Numbered from the whole stretch's first letter, positions 1 through 12,883 are shown. The stretch: 59,832 nucleotides of DNA, filler included, from Fonticula-like sp. SCN 57-25 (GCA_001724245.1; 9 parts of 9 records of this genome joined end to end with filler, not necessarily neighbours in it), one strand, 5' to 3'. Translations and numbers: made by a program. The notes: generated by a model not told the origin, from the sequence alone.

Positions 1-1521
1 AAACCCTAGACGTTTATTCATTGTTGCTCACATTTGATTATGCAGGCAAAATATCTTGCCTTTTCACGCGACGGGAATCTGCTTGCTGTTGGCAATACGA
101 GTCACATACACGTTTATAAAATGACCAATGGCAATTGGACACAAGTATATCTTCTGATGTACAGATCTAGTAAGGTGCGATACTTGCTTTTGCTGCTACA
201 GCGTCTAACTGTCACTAGGATAAGGATAATGCATTGTGCTTCAGTCCCTCTGGGCGCATGATATTGGCCTCAGGCTCAGTCAATATTCTCTACATTATGA
301 ATGTTCAATCCGGTCCCTCAAAGTCATCCACTCATCACGTGACACTCAAGGGACACACGGGTGGTGTCACTGGCGCCGCCTTTCTCGGCGACGAGTCGCA
401 CGTGATCACTGGGTCGCTGGATAGCTCCCTCCGCGTTTGGCGCACCGCTGATGGAGTGCAAACTGCAAAATACGACTGTCACGAAATGGTGTGTCACCGT
501 TCCTATTAATATCACGCTGACTTTTGCTGTGCAGGTGCTGTCGTTGTCGTATCATGCTGCGTCTGGCAACATTGCAGTCGGTCTTGATAATGGCCAAGTT
601 GAAATATGGCAAACTGCTCTTCGAATTGCACCTGCCCCTCAAGCAGCGCTGCCTGTCCACGTGTGCGTTCGACAGCGGCTGACGGTCGCACAGACACAGG
701 CGGACGCGATCCAAACAGTGCTCAGCAAGGCGGACGATGGACTGCGTATGCGTGTGTCACGTGAGCAGGAACTGAAGCGATCCATTGCCGACCTCGAGAC
801 TAAACGTACGCATATTACAGTGTTATTAAAAGAGAAACAAGACGTTTATTAATGCCACTGCGTAGTGGCGAGCGAAAAAAAGGCGCTTCAGGAATTGCAA
901 ACTGCCGAATCACGCGAGTTTATCGAGCTGATGGAGCGACGTTTGAGTCTGTTGGGCATTATAAATGGCTGTATGCAGACACTCGACAGCTTGGCAGACT
1001 GCTTGTCGGTGTCTGGCTTGGAAGATCTCCGCGGTGACGCCTTTAAAGAGTGGCTGTGTGACATTGGACTGGGCAAACTGGGGACTGTACTGAAAGACAC
1101 GGATGGGCGCACGCTGACGATGCTCAGCGTGAGTGACGTTATCGACCATGGTGTGTCATTCACCGATGCCGCCGCTCTTCAACTGCGTGGCTACATTGCG
1201 CACTACAAATTGAGCGATGATAAGGAATTCTCGCCGCCCATTGGGAGTGTGCTGTCGTGGACAGTCGCGCAAACAGCAATATGGATCAAGACACTAGGTG
1301 CGCAGTATGCGACGCTTGCGTCTGCTGGCTGGCATGGCGCGGCGCTGTGCTCGCTGTCGCCGCCGCGTGTGGTGGAGGCTGCCAAGGGCGCGCTCAAGGC
1401 GTCCGACGCAGTAAAGTTCATAGGACTGGTGCGCGCGAAACGGGGTGAAACGGATGGCGACAAGGACGCGTGGGTGGCAAAGTGGAGTGGGGTAAGCACT
1501 ATCGACTTGCAGGCACTGTAG
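1..1521 (+). CDS. WD40 repeat + coiled-coil + two SAM-like domain protein (5' partial, spliced)
   Basis: WD40 motifs (LAFSRDGNLLAVG; TLKGHTGGVTGAAF...LITGSLDSSLRVW), heptad region (EQELKRSIADLETKR), SAM-like segments (FKEWLCDIGLGK...DGRTLTML; VLSWTVAQTAIWIKTLG...WHGAALCSL); GT..AG introns; stop TAG at 1519-1521. Confidence 0.7.
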
Positions 1522-3870
1522 TGCAGTGCTTCTCGTTCGTTGCACGGTTGCTCAATGCTTGGGTCGTTTGTAATTTTGTTGTACATTGTATAGAGCATAC
1601 ATTACATGTAAATAGACTGAAACATTAGACACTGCATGTTGTATGGCCATTCGGTACACCCGTTCATTCAAACAGTGTCCGACTGTTGTCGCTGACTGTG
1701 GCTGCAGAGCACATTGCTGTTTCAAACCGAGTGAGAGTGTTGCCATTCGACTATGGAGGTAAATGAGGGTATTCATTCGCAGACGATGTCCACAATACAG
1801 ACGACACCAAAGCTGTGTGCAGTGTATGCTCTGCTGTGTGTGGAAAACAGTATGCAGGCAGGCCGAAGACTCTGTAGAACAGTGATGTGGTGCACACTCG
1901 ACTGTATGAGCGCTTCTTGTACGCCATCCGCTGTCCGGTTTGAACGTTGTGAAAGGACGTATCATACGTAGTCAGTGCACGTTGCGCAGGATTATGCAGC
2001 TGGGTAAACCATGAACAAGTATTTCGATGTGGGTGCTTTTTGCTTCTAGTTCGACACAATTGCACACTACGCCTGGATGCTCAGAACCTGTTTGAAATTT
2101 GCAAGACAGTCTGCCCCTATTGTGCAATAAAGGAAAGAACACAAAAGAACGGTGCCACGATTTAGATTCCACGGTATAGGGCTCCACCAGGCGGAGATAA
2201 GCTGAATGGCGTGTACGTTGTCCTATTCGTGTGGGCGTCCTGCCAGTCAGCTATAATGGGCGCTACTGACTCTTCTGCGCGTGAACGTCCTGATAAGCGT
2301 GGCACTTTTGTGGGTCGGCAATAGTGTTGACTCGATCGAGAGGCGTCGTCTCGGCCGACGATGGTCGTCCGCGAAGGGATCGGACGGCGATTCCTGATGA
2401 TCGCATATATCGGGTTCTCGTACCTCCGCGAATGCGTGCCGTAGAGCGATGGCTCGGTATGCGTTCGAGAGCTCGCGAGGAGACGAGTCGAGTGATGCCA
2501 TTCAGGGGGACGATGCGTGCGGTGCAGGAGAGCGTGGCAGTGGCGGTAATCGTGGTCCCTGACATTCAGCTCGTTTTTGGAACTGGAACTGAATCTGTGA
2601 ATGGTGTTGTGATACGTATCACCGTCAATACTCGAGCGTGCCGCAGTCGACGTCATAGACTAGGCCACCCAAACTGCATGTGTCAGGCAAGCCAAAAGTG
2701 ATGATAAAGGACATGCAAATGGCAACGAGGCCTTCTTCGCAGCCGAGGCAAATCAACCGCTCGAGAGTATATAGCAGGGACTCTTTCTATGTCCGAAAAA
2801 AACAGGTAACTGGTGACGCGGCGTAAATATGGGTCAAGGGAGAGAAGAGAACGCAGACGTACTTGCCATGTCGCCCCTTACTCGTCTCAAAGCGCGCAAT
2901 GAATGCACCCCCTATGCGTCGGCCTGCCTCGTTGCTACAAATTTTTCCCAATTTGTGTTGGATGGATCATTGCGTCTTTTACGAATCAAAGGGTGTTGGA
3001 ACCAATCGAATCATGAATAAAGTATTGGAGATCTCCGCGTGCCACTTGATTGGTTGATGAGTGGTATAAAATATGACTACATATTCACCTATAATTCACC
3101 GTAGGTGCAAGAGACACAGACCGAGCATACATTTCCGTGATACAGCAGAGCAACATATTTTTTTCGTGTTGAAGCGCTCCATCGACAATGTGCAGGCCTT
3201 CTTCAATTTTTATTCCCGACTATTCCTTGACTGACAGCTGCCTGCTCTTGGGAAGTTGTAATTCTCTTGGTCCTATTCGCTACTACCTCTTGTGCGTTGA
3301 CTGCGAACAAAGAATGCACCCTCACTTCGTACACCAAGGCGAGGGCAAGGCCGAAGGATAACCAGACGGCCATCGAAAAGGAACTTGCCGAATGTGAAAG
3401 ATGACTTTGTGGTCGACGGAGTTCGGAAGTCCGCATCGGATAATGTAGAAACGGTACCAGGAACAACACCACACCTACCGCGGGTCCTTTCCCTCACGCA
3501 CCGCTTGTAAGTGATACCGCTGGACTATGTGACGACATCATTCGACTTGTGACGATTGTATGTAAGGATGACACCCCTTACCTATTCACTCTTCTCTATT
3601 GGAACACATCCTGCTTTCCCGCAAATTGTCTTTGTATCCTTTCCTCAGATAAGTCCTGTCTCCTGATTGGTCCTCTACACATTCTATTCCCATATTAGGC
3701 AATGCCTCTCCTGTCCGACGAGTGTATCAGCCTTTCCCTCCCTGAAAATATATGCTTTTTCCCTTTCCTCTGGGATGCCCCGCTCGGTCCATTGGCCGCA
3801 CAGCCGTAACATATAAGTAACGCTCACTGGACACCAGCTGCTCCAACGAGTGACGCGTTACATAACCGAA

Positions 3871-4052
3871 GTACTGTACTGTACTGTACTGTATTGTCTG
3901 TGACCTACAGTACAGTACTGAACTGTACTATACTGTACAGTGTGTTACTGTGCGGTATGAATAATTCTGTATTCAGTCCTGTTCTTACTGTACTGTACTG
4001 TACAGATGGCATGTAAGCTACTGCAGTATACTGTACTTTACTGTACTGTACT
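3871..4052. repeat. degenerate (GTACT)n pentanucleotide array, both orientations
   Basis: gtactgtactgtactgtact at 3871-3890, then many tactg/cagta copies to about 4050. Confidence 0.8.
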
Positions 4053-4395
4053 TTCCTGTGCCATAATTTTCCATAAAGTTCGGCAATACAGTAGTCACAT
4101 GGTCGATGTGAATGAAGGAATCCGATAAAGCGAACAATAATCGAATATGCACTGTACAACATTTCATGTCCTGCGAAACGAAAGAGAGATGTTGGCCAAA
4201 GCAGTCACTTTATAAGGCTTGATACACCAAAAATACACCCCTGTCTCCCCTTATCGATACTATGAGGATCGATGTAATTTTGGGTAATTATGATCTAGGC
4301 ACAATGCAAACAGTAGGTACTGAAAAACATAGGATAGATAATATTATTAAGAGAATACGACGTAAACCACACTTTCCTTAATGCTTGTTCGCCCT

Positions 4396-6618
4396 TCAAA
4401 TTGCAATGGGATCAAGGTTCGTGCCTTTCGACATTTTGTAGTCGAGCCCTAGAAGCCACACGGCGGCGTTCGTGACGTAGCGCGCGGTGCCGGCCGAATC
4501 GAAATCACAATAGAGCTTTGTAAATCCAGTATCCGCGATGACGCGACCGTGCCTTGACGGGAAGGTCCCGCCCACATGTCCGTTGTCGTCGGAGGGCGCG
4601 CCAGCGAGAACGCACGGCCTATTGGCTACATGTACATATAAGTAAACGTAGGCATTTGAGATGAAACGTACTTGAAGAGAAGGAAATGGGCTGCAGCTTG
4701 CCGTTGGAGTCTGAGTAGCAAATGGTGACACCCTCATAGATGCTGTTGAGACCTGTCGTAAGAAGATGGTCCTTAAACGTGAGCGTTGTGTCTCTCTGGC
4801 CGGGAGTTTGGCGTTCCGCGATCTTTTGCCCGGAGTCATTTCCTTTGAATGTTACCTGAAATGCAGAAAATTAGATCACATAATGCCTGTGACGAGCATC
4901 GCGTACACCCATGGAGCGGAGGATTTGATTGGCATGTATGTAGAACGGATCGTTGTCACCAAAAAGCAATACTCCGCCTCCAGCGCGGTGAAACGTTAGC
5001 ACGCATCGCTCAAACTCTGTGACAAGCGACGAGTTGTCCCATTTGTAGAAAGATATCACCCACAGCTGATGGTAAGCGCCAGACTTGAGCTCGGTCAAAA
5101 ATTGCTGCATCGAGGCCGCCCATTTTACGCGGAATCCCTTCTGTTGCAGTGCTACTCCCGCGTTCGCCCTTTTAAAAATGCGCGTTAAAAAACGTTATTC
5201 CAGGGTGTGGCACGCACATGGATAGCTGCTTAGCGTTCTCCATGCGGTGGAAGAAGCCGATGAGAATACTAAAATCGCTGAATGCGCCGTCGCGTCCCAG
5301 GTCGTTCTTTGCTCCGATCGGGTTCTTGTATTGATCCAAGTCGGATGTATCCAGAGAAGTCATGCCAACTAATAAAACCTGTGTGAGTATGCGACAGTCT
5401 CCCGCACTATTCGTGCGTACCAACTTTGTTGTAGTACTGCATGATGCGCCGGTCCGTAGTGAGCTTGTTGTAATACTTCATCTGCTCCTGGACGTCCATT
5501 TCAATGCGCTCCTCAATGTTCGCGCTCGCCAGAGTGGGCGGCGGTACATCAAACGCGGCCTGGAGGCGCTCACGAAGAGACGATGGTCCAATCTTGATTT
5601 GCTCCTTGACCGCCACTCGCTCGAGCGCATCCTGGCGATGCCTGTCAATACAAACAACAATATATCAACCAACTGAACGTACCCCAAGCATGGCAGCGCA
5701 TTGGGCTGGCTCCAGCGGCGCAACTACTGAACTTTCCATCAGTCTCATTTGCCAGCCCAGCGGGATCTTCCCCTCTTTGATAGCAAACAGCCCCGCCACG
5801 AACGCGTCGCTCTCCATCACGTTGACCTCCTGCAGCAAGTAAATATGGTCTAGCAGCAGGCACGCTTGGCTGTAGGTTGCCGAGGCGTGCAGCATCGCAA
5901 TGAGAGCGTTCAAGACCGGCGGCCAATCGCCCACGCCCGTCGAACGCTCCGTGGCCAGCTGCAGAACCACGCTGGGGTGAACCGCGCTTCGCTCGCCGTT
6001 GGCCGCTTCGACCACGAGCAGCTTGGCAAAGCATCGCTCCCATAACTGCGCCAGTTTGCCACGGTTGCGACGCCTTTTTATCTCGCTTCCGGGCGCTTCG
6101 ATCGCCTCGACCAGGCGCCGCGACGCGCGATTGAGCGCAACCACAAGCCGCCCAGTGAGCTCCGCGCTATCGACGTGAGGAGCGACGTCGCGGAAAGTGG
6201 CTGCATATTTGGATGCCCAAAGTAGGAGCTCCAGCGACAACTTTTCATCGTCGTCGCCTAGCTTGCCGCTGCGAAATAGGTGCCACAATGCCACGTGTAT
6301 GGGCGACGAAGGCGCGTCGTCGTGCGCAGGCGGAAGATAAGCAATGCAGTTATGGGAGAAGGTATCGTCGAGCGTCGTTGAGATAAGCTGGACGATGTTG
6401 GCGGGGTGCAGCGCGGCAATACACGCAGCGGGCTCCTGTGGGTTCATTAAAATAAGCAGTTAGAAAGAACAATTGTATCTCGCGTACGGGACAGACGCTA
6501 ATGAGTCCGTTCAGGGCGCTGACATCGCTAATAAACTTGTTCGCCCACGTTTCCTTGACTGACGCCCAGTCCACAGCATACCCGTGCTGGACCGTGCTCG
6601 TCAGCCATGAAATGGACG
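4396..6618 (-). CDS. uncharacterised protein: helical N-terminus fused to a conserved C-terminal alpha/beta (GATase-I-like?) domain (5' partial, multi-exon)
   Basis: ORF pieces join through GTACG..AG introns; C-terminal blocks DQYKNPxGxxxDLGRDGAF, ALQQKGF, QLWVIS, GGGVLLFGDNDPF, HLLTTG..YEGVTI, DTGFTKLY, AGTARYVTNAAVWL; stop at 4396. Confidence 0.7.
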
Positions 6619-6718
6619 NNNNNNNNNNNNNNNNNNNNNNNNNNNNNNNNNNNNNNNNNNNNTTAATTAATTAANNNNNNNNNNNNNNNNNNNNNNNNNN
6701 NNNNNNNNNNNNNNNNNN
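6619..6718. other. artificial contig spacer
   Basis: 100 nt: N run, TTAATTAATTAA (stops in six frames), N run. Confidence 0.99.
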
Positions 6719-8149
6719 CGAGGGCATGTTCTTGCTGTTCCAGCTCAGGCGGATGCGCGACTTTGCGGCAGCGCAGGCGCGCAGCGCTGATCTGAGCATG
6801 GAGGAACGCCGCGAGGCCTTCCAGGGGGCACTACAGCTGAGCGGCTCGGACATGAACGCCTTTCTCTCATCGTGGTTCCACAATGCGCCCATCGAGGACA
6901 TTTACCGCGAGAACCTTGTCGAGTGGCTTGCGTGGGCCTTTTTTTCGCAGTCGACCGAGTCCGTCTCCTCGGAGGGCATCGTGCGCCTTTTCGCGCCCCT
7001 TTTTACCTTTATTGACGCTGTGTAAATCCCCTCTTAGCGCGAGCTGCACCGCCAGGTTGCCGTGATCGAAGAGCTCCGCGGCGCACAGTTCACCGCCGGC
7101 TACAATGTGAATGTAAAGTCGATGCGACTGACGATCGACCCCGGCATCACGCGCCTCCGCCCTTTTTTCGTCTACGTGGCCATCGCCGCTGCACGAGCGG
7201 TCGTCGGCCTCGGCCTCTGGTACATTGGCTTTGAGCGCCGCACGATCGGCCTCCTGTCGTACTATGTGTGGCAGCCGGCCAAGCGCGCCGAGGGCGCCAT
7301 CCCCGTTGTGTTCGTCCACGGCATCGGCGTCGGCGTACTTCCGTACGTCGCCCTCATTGCGCGCATCCGTCGCGTTATGCTTGACGCGCCCATGTGCGGC
7401 GCCATTTTCCTGCCCGAGATGCCGTACGTGTCAATGACCTTCACCGACAAGCACACGCCCACGCCCACCGAGATCGTCCGCGACATGGACGACATGCTGC
7501 GCATCCACGGCTACTCGCGCGCCATCTTTGGCGGGCACAGCCTCGGCACCAGTACGCATGATTTTTTGTTTGGCTATCGCTCACCCGCCGCGCAGCCCAC
7601 GTCGCGTTCATGATGAAGCAGCGGCCCGAGCGCGTGGCCGGCGCCTTCTTCATCGACCCCATCGTGTTCCTCCTCTGCCGCGTCGACGTCACCTTCAACT
7701 TTCTGTACCGCAAGCCGGCGCGCTGGAACGAAGAGTTTATCCAGTACTTTGCGTCGTCCGAGGTGGGCATTGCGCGCACGCTGCGCCACCACTTTTGCTG
7801 GATTTCCAGCTCGCTGTGGCCGAGGCACATTACGGTGCCCACCGTCGTCGCGCTCTCGTCCAATGACGGTATCGTCCCGTCGCCGCACGTGAAAGAGTAC
7901 CTCGGCGACATCAACACGGGCGGTCTCCTAAAGACAATCTACATGGAGGGGCTCCACCACGCGGGCTTTCTCGGATCGTACGCAGAGAACATTGGGGCCA
8001 CGTGACACTAACACGCTCTGTGCAGGTCAAAGTACATGGACCAGATTGTGAACCACTTTAGGGCGCTGCTCGTCGACGCGCAGTACACGGGCGCGGGTCG
8101 GCCGGCGGAGCGCGTGCTCTCGGCAGCGGCCATCAGCAGGGCCGCCTAG
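6719..8149 (+). CDS. alpha/beta hydrolase (5' partial, spliced)
   Basis: PVVFVHGIGVG oxyanion motif, GHSLG nucleophile elbow, FFIDP, DGIVP acid, HAGFL histidine; stop TAG at 8147-8149. Confidence 0.85.
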
Positions 8150-8305
8150 ACGTATTTATACTACTTTAGAGTGCCGGCGATAAAGCCGATTTGCCATTTC
8201 CCTTTGTGCAAAAGTGTGTGATATTTGGTGTACTGTATGGGTGTCTGTCACAGTTTGTTGTAAAAGTTGAATAAAATCGTTTTACTGTTTATTCCTTGTG
8301 ATGGA

Positions 8306-9368
8306 TCAGTCGCGGCCGAGGACGCGCATGGCCATCTCAAAGGCGAAAAAGGTGCCGGCGTTGACGGGGGCGGCACGAATCATGCACGGGGCAAAGCCGC
8401 GGAAGAAGCCCGCGACGCCCTCTGTCCGCATGGTGATCTTGGCGCAGTCAATAATGCCCTTGTACTTTGCGTCCTTGCCAAAGCCGTCCGTCTGGAGCTT
8501 TGACTTTATCGAGTCGATCGGGTAGATCGTCAGCCACATGGTGTACCCACCGGCAGCGCCGCAAGCCATGACCTAGCGGATATATTAGCAAAGCGAGCGA
8601 GAGAAGTGTAGAGCGTACCGTGAGCGGATTGAGGTCCTGCACCTTCTGGCCGGGCTTGAGGAACGCGTGGACGGCGGCCTCGTAGCCAAGGAAGTAGGCG
8701 CCGTAGCCCTGGAACTCACTGTGGCAGCGCGTCAGCAGCGCGACACAAACGCGACGGGCAGCACACGTACCGAAGGATGGTGGCGACCTGGCCCTTGAAG
8801 ATGCCGGCGATGCCGTTGCGCTTGTAGATCTGCGAGAGGGCGTCCATGGGGCCCTTGAAGGCGACCTCGCCGGCGCGCTGCACCTGCAGGCGCGTACGAA
8901 GGTGCTCGACAGGGCCGGACACGACGCTGTTGGCAACGCCGGCAAAGGCGCCCGACATGTAGTGCTGCGACCATGTGAGCGGCACCACAGAGCCGTCCGC
9001 ATTCCGCGTCGTAAAAAAGCTCTTGGCCTGCTCCACGGCGGCGAACTGGATCGCGACGCAGAGGCCGACACCGAGCAGCGGCGGGACAGTGCCCTTGTAG
9101 AACGCGCCGAGGCCCTCGGACTTGATCGTCTGGCGGACGCAGTCCATCATGCCGGTGTAGAGCGGTGGCTGGCCGGGGGCGGGCGTCGGCATCGACTGGA
9201 GGCGCACCTTGACAGTGTCAAAGGGCTGGCCGCTGCCACGCGAGATCGGTCAGCGACACAGGCACAGGATCGACAGAGCAAGGCGCACATGAGGACCTGT
9301 GTCACGCCGCCAAAGGTGCCGGCGGCAAAGTTCTTGATCGGATTGGGCTCGGCCTTTTCTGCGCTCAT
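8306..9368 (-). CDS. mitochondrial carrier (SLC25; carnitine/acylcarnitine or Ymc1-like)
   Basis: Three carrier signatures (PFDTVKVRLQ, PVEHLRTRLQ, PIDSIKSKLQ), IRAAPVNAGTF; three short introns. Confidence 0.9.
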
Positions 9369-9508
9369 GGTTGCTATGCGGCGCCGGCTACGGATCACGT
9401 TGCGGACGCGTGTAAAAGCAGGCTCCTGCAAACTGAATTCAGGGTTAGTCAAATAGGATCAACCATACGATAAACCCTAAAATCCAGTTTGCCTCCGGAT
9501 TGCCCGCC

Positions 9509-10454
9509 ATGCAGGCACCGATCGATGTTGCACGGCGCGCCGCGGGCACGCTGGTCTGGCTTGCGCGGTACGAGGAGCGGCCGCCAAAGTATTGCTAATA
9601 TACATTAGATGCGAGTTGGAGCGCCGTCCGGTCGGCAGCAACGCGGCCTCGCTCGCAGCCGCAAAGGACATGTTCGCCAGAATCGTCGACCCCGCTGCCG
9701 GCTTGGCAGACCTCGAGGATGCGGTGCGGGTGATTGTCGTGCATGCATGGCCGCTCACAGTACTGCTAGGATCTCAAGCTGATGCAGCAGCCCGACGCCT
9801 GGGCACCCGAGACGGTGCAGCGGACAGCGACAGAGGCGGGCCGCCAGTGGGAGATGGTCGGTGCGTTGGGCCTCGTTGTCAGCGCATCGCGACTGACTTT
9901 TTGTGGCAGACACGCTCGCGTCGCTGCTTCGCGGCACGCCCGTGCGGCCATACTGGGAGAGCGTTAATAACATGCAGCTATTGCAGTCGCTTTTGGCTGG
10001 CGGCAATTTCGAGAGTGCTGTCCGAGCGCTGCAGGCGTCGCCTCGCCTTCCGTCGGAGGCCGATGTCACACTCCGCTGCTCGATCGCCGAGGCGTGGCAC
10101 TGGCGGGCCCGCGCCGCCATGCTGGCCAACACGGTGGGCGACAACCCGGATTCGTCGCGCGTGCCGGCCGCGCTGCTCAGCATGACGCGGCGCCTGCCCA
10201 CCGCCGTCGGCCTCGCCGCCCAGCAGGCCAAGCTGAGGGGGTACATCGACAACGTTGTCGACAGCGACTTTGGCGTAGAAGGCGCGGCGTTTGGAGCACG
10301 CCGCGACATTCATAATAGGACGCTCGCCGTGGCGTCGGCCCGCCTGGCGGCCCTCGGGTGGGTTCTCAAGCGCTACCCGTGGAACATGCCCGAGGAGCTC
10401 TTGACATATGCGACACCGGTGCCGCCGCTTTTTGCCCCCGAATCCGAAAAATAA
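9509..10454 (+). CDS. hypothetical alpha-helical protein (3 introns)
   Basis: ATG at 9509 in GCCATG context; three GT..AG introns join the ORF pieces into one frame ending TAA at 10454. Confidence 0.65.
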
Positions 10455-10626
10455 CTTTATTTTGTACTATAAGACATGCTGTATTGAATTTGAAACATAA
10501 AATATATAGATACTGTTATTATTAGCCCCCACCCGCTTGCTATACTCGTCCTCCAAATCTTCATGGCAGTGCAATCTGAATTCAGTTTGCATCGAGTGTT
10601 GGCGCCAATTTTTCTGGCGGCGCACC

Positions 10627-12033
10627 ATGAAGGCCCCACGGATAGATGACCTCGTCCAGGACGAGCGGCTGGCTTCGCAGTACCTGGTAGCAGATTTTAT
10701 GCGCTATTCCATAGGTATTTTTTGTCATTGTGCGTTGCTGATTGGTATCTGACTTTTGGTGGCGCCGCAGTGGAACGCCCGCTTTTGGACGATGAGGTGC
10801 TCGACATCCTGACCAAAGTGCACGCATCGGTGGAGCGCCAGTCGACCGAGTTTCAATGGGACACAGTTTCAAAGCCGTCGGGTACGTTTTTTCACTATCT
10901 TTGCGTTTAACTCACGTTGCGCGTCTATTCGCAGGCGGAACAACGTTTGTGTGTCTTTTGCCCAAGGGATCGCCTCCCTCGCTCGCCCCTGACGGGTACG
11001 CGTGGCCGTCGCCGCCGTCGGTCCAGATGCCCATGTCGGAGAGCGCCGCCGGCAAGGTGCGACCGCCCTTTATCGTTGCCATTTTTTCTCTAACCTCCGC
11101 TGAGCAGCAAGTGTGCCTGGCCGTGTTCAAGTCGGGCGGGTTGCTCAAGAACGTCTACTGGCTCCTTGCCGACGCGTGGCCTGTGCACATTGTGCACTAC
11201 CTGGCCACCGCGGAAGGCGGCGCCCAGCCGCTCCCCAGCACGCCGCAGCGCAGCCAGCCTCTGACCGCGCCCGCCGTGCAGCCCGCGCCGCTCCCGACCG
11301 TCCAGCCCACGCCGCCTCGCGTAAAGCAAACGCCGACGCCCATGGCCGCCCCGCAGACGCCGCAGTACCGCAAGCCCATGCCAACGCAGGAGCAGTATTA
11401 CCAGCAACAACAGCAACAGCAGCAGCAGTTTGCTCAGCAGCAGCAGTACTACCAGCAGCAGCAACAGCAGCAGCAGCAGCAGCAGTATGCCCAGCAGCAG
11501 CAGGTCCAGCAGCATCTGCCTGCCGATCCGCCGGGCGCGTTCGAGCCGGACGACGACGAAGTTGTCACTCAGCGCGAGCTTGCGCTGCTTCGCTACAAGC
11601 GCAACAAAGAGTTTATGGACGGACTTCTATTGACGCCGATCATCCCCCGTACGCGATCCTTTTTGCTATCCCTTTCGCTGACCGCCTTGCAGAGCCGTAC
11701 CAGGTCGCCCCCGCGACGCACCCCGTCGAATACTATGCCAATGATATTGAAAACACGCGCAAGCGCAAGGCCGCCGTCGCTGAGGAAGTGGAAAATTTGC
11801 AGCGCAGGTACGCCGAGCAGCTCGCGTCGACAAAGGCCACCAGCGAGCGCACGTCACTGCTGCTGCGCGTGCTTGAGGGGACCCTGCGGCCAGAGGACGA
11901 CGCGTCATTGACAAAGGCCGACGCCGAGCGCGAGCTGGCAAGCCTGCTCAACGTGCAGTTCACCACAAAAAAGGCGGGCATTGCCCGGGAAGTGACGGGA
12001 AACCTTGGGCTCGCGGACGCAAGCACAGTATGA
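10627..12033 (+). CDS. SSR4: SWI/SNF-RSC subunit Ssr4-like (DUF1750) with polyQ tract
   Basis: FQWDTVSKPSGGT...PDGYAW N-terminal block and DDEVVTQRELALLRYKRNKEFMDGLL C-terminal block resemble Ssr4; (CAG/CAA)n at about 11390-11510. Confidence 0.75.
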
Positions 12034-12239
12034 CACGACATCCTTCTAGCGCTCTGTGATATTATCCTATAAATGTATAATGTTTTATCTTTCTCTTCTT
12101 GTTTTTTGGAATACAAAGCAAGTATGCAAACGTGCAGGCGCAGTTCAGTACAGTTTTGTATCAACCAGTTCAAAATTGAACGTGCAGAGACATGCTGCCC
12201 CTCCAGTAATCCTTGATCCCTGCCCCTCAAGTAGCGTTC

Positions 12240-12590
12240 ATGGCGGCAGAACCGACGCGGATACGCCGCGTTGCGCCCCACGCGGCAGTGCTCGAGACGG
12301 ACATTTACGTTGCGTCGGGGAGTACTTTTCGTGCTCAGGTACAGCGCGCCGAGTCGCTGCTGAGGGACAAGAAGACGGTCAAGATCCACGGCCTGGGTCG
12401 CATGCTGCCTCGCGCCATCGATCTCGCCCTTGCGGTGCAGCATCGCATGGGCAGCAAGGTACAGTGCCGCGTGACAACGGAGACGGTGGAAGTGGTAGAC
12501 GACCTCGAGCCGGAGGACCCGGAGGAGGACGTGGCGACGCAGACAAGAAGCAAGTCCGCGGTCCACATCACGATCTTTCCTGTTGCCTAA
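12240..12590 (+). CDS. POP7: RNase P/MRP subunit Rpp20/Pop7 (Alba fold)
   Basis: DIYVASGSTFRAQVQR, VKIHGLG..LPRAIDLAL, TETVEVVDDLEP, RSKSAVHITI; intronless, 116 aa. Confidence 0.88.
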   Translation: MAAEPTRIRRVAPHAAVLETDIYVASGSTFRAQVQRAESLLRDKKTVKIHGLGRMLPRAIDLALAVQHRMGSKVQCRVTTETVEVVDDLEPEDPEEDVATQTRSKSAVHITIFPVA

Positions 12591-12813
12591 GCGGTTATGC
12601 GAAATTTAGGGATCCGCTAGACTTGTTCATACATGTACTACTATGCTTTTGCTATCGTTTTGTACAATACATTTGACTTGAATCACGCTTGCTATCCCGT
12701 GACTTTGTCCTTACCTGTCGGAAGACGCCCAAGCTTCATTTTGCATCTTGGGAAGAATTGCTACCAGTTGGCCCAAAATGTCACCGATAAGTAAACACCG
12801 CTATGAGTTTGTA

Positions 12814-12883
12814 CAGTAGCAATTCGAATATTGTGACTATGGCGAATATGGTGACTATCGCGAATATTGCGACTATTGTGACT
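12814..12883. mobile_element. possible terminal end of a Tc1/mariner/pogo-like DNA element with 18-bp subterminal repeats
   Basis: TA|CAGTAG start followed by about three copies of CGAATATtGtGACTAT; the other end is not on this contig. Confidence 0.35.

Noticed and set aside
1-9. AAACCCTA at the window start (also near 9472) as telomeric sequence
   Set aside because: Single units only, no tandem array
2160-3500. Fragmentary ORFs with faint His-Me endonuclease or retroelement resemblance
   Set aside because: Motifs are scattered over frames and too weak to call
9509-10454. Resemblance to the TRFH telomere-protein domain
   Set aside because: Only a few residues match and there is no Myb domain
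12192-12209. MLPLQ* mini-ORF before Rpp20
   Set aside because: May lie upstream of the TSS; such short ORFs are expected by chance
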